From Thraustochytrium aureum (taxonomy: Eukaryota), in contig BLSG01000348.1 in the NCBI GenBank assembly GCA_012862495.1, forward strand, positions 8,404-61,743: a stretch of 53,340 nucleotides of DNA, written 5' to 3'. Under the pieces are notes generated by a model. The model did not search any database. It was not told the DNA's origin and saw only the letters and a list, made by a program, of their open reading frames with translations. A program made the position numbers and the translations under genes. Shown one piece after another: positions 38,178-47,771 of this stretch (position 1 is its first letter; each line of letters starts with the position of its first letter).

Positions 38178-38258
38178 TCAACAACAACAACAACAACAAC
38201 AACACAACAACAACAACACAACAACAACACAACAACACAACAACAACAACAACAACAA
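38178..38258. repeat. Imperfect (CAA)n microsatellite
   Basis: About 80 nt of caa units with ca slips. Confidence 0.95.
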
Positions 38259-38530
38259 GTACTGATTGTGTGAGGTCCTGCGTCCCTCGTGGAACCAAGG
38301 CGACGTCGTAGGAGATTCTCATCAACGCCTCTTGTTTTCTGGCTCGCGCCGATTCGATTTCTTCTGCAAGCGCACTCTTCAATCTCGTGCTGCGCGCGTC
38401 CCTTGTCAACGACAGCACGCTGAAATGCAGGGGGCGGGGGGCATCACTGCACTGCACGATCTGCCGCTTGGCCCTGGCGCAGCCGCCCTCGTCTTCAGGA
38501 CGCGAGTAAGTAGAGTACTCTTACTCTACT

Positions 38531-41500
38531 CTACCTATCAGCACTCTTTTCCTCTGCGGACGAGATTTCACCCCCAAGGTCGCGACGTTCAGGCTCCACG
38601 CGCTGGTCACCCCCTTGCGAGCCAGTGAGCGTCGCACTGGCGTTCCTCAGCAGCTCCCGGACTCGCGTCTCCACGTGCCCAGCGTGGAAGGTGTGGTTGC
38701 TCTGCACGGTCCACGCGGCGAGGCCCACCGACGCCGCCGAGCCGCTCTGGGCGTACTCGCACAGCTGCACACATTGTCGCAGCGTGCCTGCGTCAACGGT
38801 GCCGTGGCCCAGGAGCAACTCGACAAGCGCGACGTTTTGCGTTTGCACAGCCACCGGGAGCATGATGCGCATGTTGTGGGCCACCTTGCAGNNNNNNNNN
38901 NNNNNNNNNNNNNNNNNNNNNNNNNNNNNNNNNNNNNNNNNNNNNNNNNNNNNNNNNNNNNNNNNNNNNNNNNNNNNNNNNNNNNNNNNNNNNNNNNNNN
39001 NNNNNNNNNNNNNNNNNNNNNNNNNNNNNNNNNNNNNNNNNNNNNNNNNNNNNNNNNNNNNNNNNNNNNNNNNNNNNNNNNNNNNNNNNNNNNNNNNNNN
39101 NNNNNNNNNNNNNNATGAGGGCGAGGGCGGCGTCGTTCCCGCAGCTCGCAAAGTTGCGCAAAGCCGTGTCAATCTGCTCCACGCCCGGCGCAAAGTGCTC
39201 GAGAACCATTCCGAGCACGACCACGGCTTTGGACTGGCACCTGCTCAAAGAGAGATTCACGAGCGCCAGCTCGCACGTCGCTGGCATCGCTGCAGGCGCG
39301 CAGCCTCGCATCCGCGCGTCATAGTCTAGGAGAACGCGCGTCGCGTTGACAAACGGTCTCTTCACGGCGAGACCGAGAGCCGACTCGCCGCGGCGTGACC
39401 GGGTCGCGTGCGCCGCGTCGTCGCGGTCCAAGAGCACCTCGAGCACCTTGGAGCGCCCGTGTAGGGCTGCGACCAGAAGCGGAGTGAGGCCCAGCTCGGT
39501 GTCCGGGACGTCCAAGCGGGCGCCTGCAGCAACCAGGGCCCTGAGGGACCGCACGCCGTTTTGCTTTGCTGCGAGCCAGGCCGGCGATAGCGGCTCGCCG
39601 TTCACCGTGAATGGTTCATTCGGGTCGCCCCCCGCAGCGAGGAGGTACTCGGTGACGCGAAACTTGTTGAAGCGGACCGCACTTGCGAGAAGACTCAACG
39701 TCTCGCGACGTCCAGCCCCGAAGGTGAGCGACACGCGATGCGTCAGCAGAATATCTGGGCTTGCGCGCACCGTGCTGTAGTGCTCGCGCAGGGCCTCGAG
39801 CACCTCAATGGACCCGCTTTTCACCGCGACATACAGGGCCGTGGCGCCCGATTTGCTTTTCGCGAGGACGTCGGCGCCCATGCCTAGCAGGCTCCTGACC
39901 ACGCTCGCGTGCCCGTTCGAGCACGCGGCCATCAGCGGGGTGAAGCCCTTGCTCTTGCTGGCATTGATGTCAGCGCCGTGGCCAACCAAGAGCTCGACGA
40001 CGGCAAGATTGCCGGAGCGGCAGCTCTCGTACAAAGCAGACCGTCGCTCGCTTGACGTGGCAAAGTTTACTGCGGCGCCGCGGGAGAGCAGCAGCTCGAC
40101 GCGCTCGGGGTGCCCATAGCAGGCCGACGCGTTCATCAACGCCGTCCAGCCCGTGTGGGGCGACACTGTGTCGGCGTGGACGCCCATGTCTAGCATCATC
40201 CGAAGTGCTCGCGAGAACGACCCCTCTGGAGAGCCGGCCAGCGTGCAAAAAAGGTGCTCTCGCAACGTCGGGGGCAGCACGTGCACCACCAACGCGCGAC
40301 CCATCGCCGAAGGCAGCTTTTCGATGAGAAATGCGAGCATCGCGTGCTCCACGGTGATGAGGGACAGCTGCCGCGACTCGGGGTCGCCGAAGCGCCGCAG
40401 AAGCAGCGCAAGCTCTGCCATTTCCTTGCGATTGGTCGAGTTCTTGAGAGAACGGGCCAGGTCATCGGCGCGGCTAGCGGCCGCCGCGCCGGCTCTGACC
40501 GCCGCCCCAAACGCGGCGGCATCTGACTGCGCAACCATGCGCCCGCCGGCGCTCGGGCCGGTTGCACATTGGAGCGCGTCGAGTGCCGCTGTCGCGGCGA
40601 CGCAGAGCTGGTCCATCTTGGACCGGACGGCGTCTGAAACGAGCTTGCTCGCCAAGCGGCGCAAAAGCGTCCTCGCTCGCTTGATCCGCTCGAGGCCCAC
40701 GACGTCTTCGACGCCCTCAAGCAGGGCCATGTATGTTTCGGTGAGCTCCTCGACGGACCCAGCGCGGCGCTCCACCACATACTCGGCGCACAGGTACGCC
40801 TCGACCGTCGGCTGGCAAAACTCAAACTTGCGCTCGCGCAAGCAGCTCGAGCGGTTGACGCACCGCAACAGCGGGCTCTCGTCGCGCTTGACACTGGTGA
40901 AAAGCAAGTTGAAAGTGCGCGCCAGCCACGCCGTCGCGAGCACGCAGCTCTCGTCCCTCACGACGTCGCAGGCCGCGCCATTCGCGCGAAGGGCAAACTC
41001 GCTCGGCGAGAAAAACCAGAGCTCCTCAACGACGGCGCGCAAGACGGTTTCGGCTCCAAAATACGCTGCCTCGTAGGATCGCGAGCAGCGGCGCTCCAGA
41101 GCCACGCGGGCGAGAACGCGCCGCAGCGAGGCGGAGAGCGCAGGATTGGACGACAACCGAAGCGGCGCCATGGTAAACTTGATCCAGTCCTCCAACAGGG
41201 CTGTGCGGCTGACCACCTGATCGCCGTCAAAGCACGGCAATGCGGTCGACTCGCTCAACTTGCTCTCTGCCTGAAGCGACCTGGGGCTGGCGCCGGCCGC
41301 AAGGGCAAGGCCAGAAGGGTGGGTGCCGCTCGTCCACCGACTCTAAAAGGATGCCACCAAGACAGACAAGAGAAGCGGGCTCCGCGCAAACTGCTGGTGT
41401 TTCGGCGAGATGCACAGCTGTTCAAGAGCCTCGTGCTCGGCGCTCTCCTTGACGCGCGCGCTGACGATTCGGGCCACCTGGTTTCGATCGAGGTCGTGAA

Positions 41501-44346
41501 GCGTGCACACCACTGTTCGTCTCCGCTCCACGAGCTCGGAAATGNNNNNNNNNNNNNNNNNNNNNNNNNNNNNNNNNNNNNNNNNNNNNNNNNNNNNNNN
41601 NNNNNNNNNNNNNNNNNNNNNNNNNNNNNNNNNNNNNNNNNNNNNNNNNNNNNNNNNNNNNNNNNNNNNNNNNNNNNNNNNNNNNNNNNNNNNNNNNNNN
41701 NNNNNNNNNNNNNNNNNNNNNNNNNNNNNNNNNNNNNNNNNNNNNNNNNNNNNNNNNNNNNNNNNNNNNNNNNNNNNNNNNNNNNNNNNNNNNNNNNNNN
41801 NNNNNNNNNNNNNNNNNNNNNNNNNNNNNNNNNNNNNNNNNNNNNNNNNNNNNNNNNNNNNNNNNNNNNNNNNNNNNNNNNNNNNNNNNNAGCAAAGCAC
41901 CGTTTTGCCGCTGCCCCCAGGACCAATGACAGCGAGGCGAGCGGGCACCTCGCCACCGGGGGCGCGAAGGACTGCATCGATGTCGCACGCCGCTGCGGCG
42001 TCCTCCGAGTCGTCTTCCTCGGGCAGCAAGAGCTCGCCTGTCAAGGGAAACTCGAGGTCGACCGAGAGCCGCTGGCAGGTCACTGCGTCAGTGTAGACGC
42101 CGTGCTGCATTCGAAGCAGCGCCAAGTACTTGCGCTGCACAGCCCCGATGCGCTGCCCGTTTGCCGAGAAGTGGCCGCGACGCAGCGGGGGGCGCCGCAC
42201 AGTCGGGATTGGGCTCAGCACGTCGCCATCCGCTTGCTTTAGCTCGCGTAGGATCGCCTTGCAATGCTGGAGAGCGCAAGCGAGGGCCCAGAGTTTGCCG
42301 AACTCGTTCACGTCGCGAAAGCGGAGCGCGTCCAGGGCGTAGGCAAGAAGCGCGTAGTTGTACTGGCAAGAGGGGCCAATGAGGGTGCCAGAGTCGTCTC
42401 TGGCGTACGCGTCCGCGAACTGGCGCAGCCGGGACACGGTGCTCAGCGCTTGCGAAAAGCGACCTGCGTTGCACGCCGACGAGGCCGCGCCAAACGCGAG
42501 GGCGGCGGTTTGCTGCGGCCGCGCAGCCTGCCTGCACAGCGCTTCAGTTGCTTGCAAGGCCGTGACCAAGTCAGCGGTGCAAGTCAAGGCCGTGTACTCA
42601 AATAGCACGCACGTCTCGAGCTTGGCCAGGTCCCGCAGCACGTGCGACCGGCCCCACATGGCAAAGTCGATTATCCATGACACGCCCATGCTGTCGACGA
42701 GCAGGTTCATTCCGTTCAAGTCGCCATGTTGGTCGGCCATGAACACCGGATGCGGCGCCGAGGCTTTTCCTGCGGCTTGGGCAAACGCTTCGAGAAACCG
42801 AACCACGGAGGCACGCGACTCAACAAGCGCGTCGATTCCCGGCACGACGCCCTGCAAGAGCTCTATCCTGAGGCTGTCGAGCTCTGGGACGGCGCGTCGG
42901 GCTGCGCGAGCGAGGTCGTACTCCTCATAGAGGCGGGTGGGCTCGATTTGGCGCGTTTTCTCATAGGCGCCGCCAAGGATCTCCCCAAACACTGTTCCAA
43001 GGAGGTCTTCAATATCGACCAAAGCCGCGCTGTCGTCGGCCAGCGATCTGCTCGTGCCGTCGCGCTGCGCCTGCGCGCGATACAGCTCCTTGAATGTCCG
43101 GATCACCGACGTGCCTGATTTGATAAACTGCGGAAGCGTCCAGCAGGCTCCGCAGAGCTGGATCTTCATCCCGGCGCGGTCGCCGCTCCGCACAAATCCA
43201 AGAACGCTCGGCGCGTTCTCTCCGAGCAGAGGTTCTGCGGCCTCCATGCGCTCGGCCTCGGCGCGTAGGCTGCTGGCCTTGTCAACCTTGACCACGGTTT
43301 GCTCTTGCTGGTCGCCGTCCTTTGCCCAGCTGTCGCATCGTAGCACAACCGCTCCCGAGAACCCGCCCTGCAGAAGGTGCGCCTCGACCTGTGAAACGCC
43401 GGGAAATAGCCGCGAAACGATTCCTCGCACAGTTGCGAGCTCGCGCTGCTCTGCATCGGCGATATCCTCCTTGGATTCCAGGTGCATGCCGGACTGGTGG
43501 ACGGAGCGTACGAGCGCTTGCACGGCGTCTTCGCCAAGGCGCACCCTTGCCCGGCGCGAGTTGGCTCTTGGTCTCTCGTTCGTTGTGAGCCTGCTGCTCT
43601 GGCCCTGTTTGCTCTCGGGGTCGCGCCAGCTGTCTCCGCCGTCGCCTGGCGCGCCGTCATCGTCCTCTAGTGAGAGCCCGCTTGTGCCCCGCCGGACGAG
43701 GACGCGGCTTTCGTCAACCCAGGCAAAGACGGACGCGGTCGATCGGGACAGGACCACAACAGGCTCTTGCACGGCGCCGAGGTGCGGGCCGTGTCTGGGC
43801 GAGAGCAGGATGTCGTCCGCGCCGAGGCCGTCGCCCCGGCCGGAATGCAGAGTCGAAGAGGCGCTGCATCACTAGCTGCACATCCGTTTCGTCGAGCATC
43901 TCGGTGCCACAGAGCCACTGGTCGTTCTGGACTCCCACGACGGGAACAAGCGCCCGCTTGCGACCAGATGGCGCTGCCCGAGCCGCATGTGGACTTGCGC
44001 TTCGCGACGCTGCACGCTCGCGGTCCGCGGCAGCCTTGCGTCTAAGATGCGATTGTGCAAACGCGGCAAAGTCTTCGGCCTTTTCGCGGAAGGCCGCCTG
44101 CACGAGCTCGAGAAGGACGTCAAACGTGCACTGCTTGACGAGCTCTTCTGAGCATTCGTGCTGCGGCGCGCCAGTGGGTTTGCATCCTCGCTCAAACCAC
44201 TCGCGCACGAAGGCCTCGCCTGGCTGGCCTGCGCGGAGGTGCGACCGCGCATCTTTCACGAGCGCGCTCACAACGTCCTCGACCCCATGCCGTCGCATGA
44301 ACGCCCTCAACGACGCCGCATGGGCTCGCCGCGTCGCATCTTCCAT
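38531..44346 (-). CDS. NLR-like STAND protein: APH/TCAD9-like kinase, NACHT NTPase, ankyrin repeats; frameshift ~43848, in-frame TAG at 41343-41345, two gaps
   Basis: GGFSG..V, VVKVD, HGDLNGMNLLVD, WIIDFA, RDLAKLE; Walker A VIGPGGSGKT; ARSPLLLSVL; FEFCQPTVEAYLCAEY; roughly 7-8 ankyrin repeats (GWTALMNA, GFTPLMAAC, GATALYVA, GLTPLLVAA). Confidence 0.85.
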
Positions 44347-44879
44347 GCTTCACGTGGATGTCCTTCAAGCCGACTCTGCCAGTCTCGAGAGTCAACCCAG
44401 CGCGGCCGCCTGCGCGCCGTGCCAAGCCAGCCAGGGCAGGGAGCCGCTGCCGCCCGAGCGAGGAGCACAGCAGCTGCAAGGNNNNNNNNNNNNNNNNNNN
44501 NNNNNNNNNNNNNNNNNNNNNNNNNNNNNNNNNNNNNNNNNNNNNNNNNNNNNNNNNNNNNNNNNNNNNNNNNNNNNNNNNNNNNNNNNNNNNNNNNNNN
44601 NNNNNNNNNNNNNNNNNNNNNNNNNNNNNNNNNNNNNNNNNNNNNNNNNNNNNNNNNNNNNNNNNNNNNNNNNNNNNNNNNNNNNNNNNNNNNNNNNNNN
44701 NNNNNNNNNNNNNNNNNNNNNNNNNNNNNNNNNNNNNNNNNNNNNNNNNNNNNNNNNNNNNNNNNNNNNNNNNNACGCATGCACGCCGCTCACTGGCAGG
44801 TCGCACTGGCAGGCTGATCGCACTGGCTGGCTGGCTGCCTGGCTGGCCTAGCGCTGATCTGAAGATGCCTTGCGGAAGC

Positions 44880-45155
44880 ATGTTGTTCTTTACTGTTCAT
44901 TTCTGTTCTGGTCTCCACTGTTCTTCATTGTTCTTTAGCTAGAATTCCGTTATTCGCGGACGTTTCCGTTTTGATGAAATGATGAAAAGTGCAGCATAAC
45001 GGATATTTCCATTTACAGTGGTTATTTGTTTCTTTTCTTTTGAATTTGGATACTCTCGTGTAGAACGGTTATTTCCCTACGTAATGTTTATTTCCGTTGA
45101 TGGCAAGTATTTCCGTTATAAATGTTTTTTATAATTGCAATCTGTGAACGGTCAT
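44880..45155. promoter_or_regulatory. AT-rich island with 7 AACGG/CCGTT motifs between divergent genes
   Basis: Motifs start at 44947, 44966, 44998, 45064, 45094, 45113 and 45147; GC is clearly lower than in the flanks. Confidence 0.5.
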
Positions 45156-45252
45156 CATCGCGACAGAATCGGCCGTCGTTGGTGCCGCTCGCTCGGGGCA
45201 GAGCACGGCGCAGGGGCTGGCAGGAGCTGGCAGGAGCTGGCTTGAGCGAGCC

Positions 45253-46746
45253 ATGAGCGATGCCAGCGGGTACGTGGCGCTGAGCGACGCTCGCGCGGAG
45301 GCCAGCGAGCTGGACGCCATGCGGCGCGTGGACGACGACTCCGACGCCGGCGAAGCGCCTCACCACGTCCTCCCGCTCGGCCCAGCGTACGGCCTTGAAG
45401 CCGAGTTTTGGATGCACGCGGGCTTGGCTGCCGCGTTCGGTCTGCTGATGGGCGCCGTCGGGTACATGTACCTGGAGGCGGTCGAGCGCGTGCAAGAGGC
45501 GTGGTGGGGCGACGAGTACGGGGAGACCCGCGAAACCGCAGGGATCGGCAAGGGCAGAGCGCTCTGGGTGCCGGTCATGGCCGGCGGCGGTCTGCTGGTC
45601 GGCCTTACCAAGCTGGCCGTCCGGTTTCCGCACACTGTGCATGGCCTGTTCCACGAGGTGCGGGAGCAGGAGACGAGCTCCGCGGACTCGCCCAAGGTTT
45701 TGCTCGTGTCCATCTTGAGCCTCATGGCAGGGACAAGCCTTGGTCCCGAGGCGGCAATGGGCTCGCTTGGCGGTGGGCTGGCGCAGTTCTGGTCCGAGAA
45801 GCGCGGCTTGAGCAAGCGCATCTCGGGCCGGCACGTGATCAACGGAGTTGCAGCAGCGATTGGGCCGCTGTTCCCTTCCCCAGCCATCGTCGTTCTCTAC
45901 CTCAGCGAGATCGGGCGCGCGGAAAACATGCATTACATGTACATGCGCTCGGTAATCATGATGACTGCGGGAGCCTCGAGCAGCTTTGCGGTGTTCTTCG
46001 CGCTCAAGGGCGCGGCGTACCTTCCGTTCGATCCGCTCAAGCTCACGTACTCGTTCGAAACCGGGGACCAGGCCAAGGCGATCCTGCTCGGCGTCTTTGG
46101 CGGTTGCGTAGGCGTCCTGCACATCGTCATCGCGGGACTTACCAAAAAGGCGTTTGCGCGCCTCCAAGCCCGCTTGCCAGAGCGCGTGGCGACAGTCGTC
46201 CTGCCGGTTATCGGCGGCGTGCTGGCCGCCCTCTTGGCTCTCTGGGCGCCTCTCACGCTGGGATCCGGCAGTTTACAGACGAAGCAAGTGCTCGTACTCG
46301 TGGCCAAGGGTCACTTGGGCCCCTCGGCCATGTTCCAGACCGCTCTGGCCAAGTCGCTCGCCTTTAGTGTGGCCAAGGCGTCGGGCTTCATTGGCGGCTC
46401 CATATTCCCGATGATCTTTATCGGGTCCGCCGTCGGGTGCGGGGTCTGGGGGCTCTTGAACGACGGTGAATCACTCGAGATCCACAAGGACGTGCACGCG
46501 GCCGGCCAGCTCGTGCTGTACAGCGCGTGCATGATGGCCGCCGTCCCCGCGAGCGCGATGCCGGCTCCGTTCACCTTGGTTTTCATGGTGGCCTTCACGT
46601 TCCAGCTGGGCGCCTACCAGGCGACGCCGATCTTCGTCAGCTGCACGGTCGCCCACCTCGTCACCGCTGGGAGTGGCCTTGTGTTGCGTCTGTTGAACCT
46701 CGTCCACCGTGGCCAGCCGCACGCACGCGCCTCGGCCTCCATCTGA
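45253..46746 (+). CDS. CLC-family anion channel/transporter, prokaryote-like (EriC/YfeO-type), no CBS domains
   Basis: Intact intronless 497-aa multi-TM ORF; AGTSLGPEA, PLTLGSG, LAKSLAFSV, SGFIGGSIFPMIFIG. Confidence 0.9.
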   Translation: MSDASGYVALSDARAEASELDAMRRVDDDSDAGEAPHHVLPLGPAYGLEAEFWMHAGLAAAFGLLMGAVGYMYLEAVERVQEAWWGDEYGETRETAGIGKGRALWVPVMAGGGLLVGLTKLAVRFPHTVHGLFHEVREQETSSADSPKVLLVSILSLMAGTSLGPEAAMGSLGGGLAQFWSEKRGLSKRISGRHVINGVAAAIGPLFPSPAIVVLYLSEIGRAENMHYMYMRSVIMMTAGASSSFAVFFALKGAAYLPFDPLKLTYSFETGDQAKAILLGVFGGCVGVLHIVIAGLTKKAFARLQARLPERVATVVLPVIGGVLAALLALWAPLTLGSGSLQTKQVLVLVAKGHLGPSAMFQTALAKSLAFSVAKASGFIGGSIFPMIFIGSAVGCGVWGLLNDGESLEIHKDVHAAGQLVLYSACMMAAVPASAMPAPFTLVFMVAFTFQLGAYQATPIFVSCTVAHLVTAGSGLVLRLLNLVHRGQPHARASASI

Positions 46747-47771
46747 GTGGGCCGCGCGCGCATCAGTGAGGTGGAGAAGGCAAGCTCTCGGAAGATGCAC
46801 GAGGCGGGATGGGCGGGCCCAGCTCTCGCTCTGCGGTCGGCGAGCGCCAGTTTAGACCTAGCAAGCGGAAGGGGGATGGCCCAGCACTGCCCTCAATCCG
46901 CTTACTATCACCGCTGTACCGACGGGCTCGCCGCCTCCCGGATTGGCGGCGCCCAGCAAGCACAGCATCCGCGACCTTGGCTGGCGTTGCATCGCAAGGC
47001 GACTCCGTCTCCCAAAGTCTGACGAGGGACTCGCCAAAGCCCATCTGCGCAGATCTGCGAGGCTATACCGTCGTCATCAATGTCGAGTAGAGCAGTACCC
47101 CGTGAGTCGTGAGTAGGGTCGACTCGAGCAGATGCACCATAGAGCAGAGAACCGTAGAGAGCCATAGTTGCTCGCAGCCAGTACGCAGGTGGCCATCCTC
47201 GTTGAGCACGTTCTGGTCTTTGAGCCCATCCTGGATTCATTCAATTCGTTTCCTGCGGTCCTCCTGACGGGCTCGTCGGGTTCATGGGATGTACCAGTAG
47301 CAAGCAAAAGCGATAGCGTCCGATTGTGCGAGTTTCAAACAGCCCGCCGCGCAGAGGTTCAGTAGCTAGCGATAGCCTCCGATTGTGCGAGCTATCTGTT
47401 GACGCGCGGGTGTTTCGTGGGCATTGAGCCCCCGGAATACGTGCCACCGCCGACGCGGGCCGCATTTCAAAAAAAGTCGGCTGCAAAAAGTTGAGCACGC
47501 AGAGCAGAGCAGAGCCCCAACGCAGCGCGCGAGAGAAGAGCAGCAGCGCGCCGTTGGGCTGACGCAGCGGCGCCGAACGCAGCGCTGGCCGGACGCCGCG
47601 TGAGCAGCAGCAGCNNNNNNNNNNNNNNNNNNNNNNNNNNNNNNNNNNNNNNNNNNNNNNNNNNNNNNNNNNNNNNNNNNNNNNNNNNNNNNNNNNNNNN
47701 NNNNNNNNNNNNNNNNNNNNNNNNNNNNNNNNNNNNNNNNNNNNNNNNNNNNNNNNNNNNNNNNNNNNNNN

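Noticed and set aside
47309..47391. CRISPR-like repeat-spacer-repeat
   Set aside because: Only two copies, no cas genes, eukaryotic context
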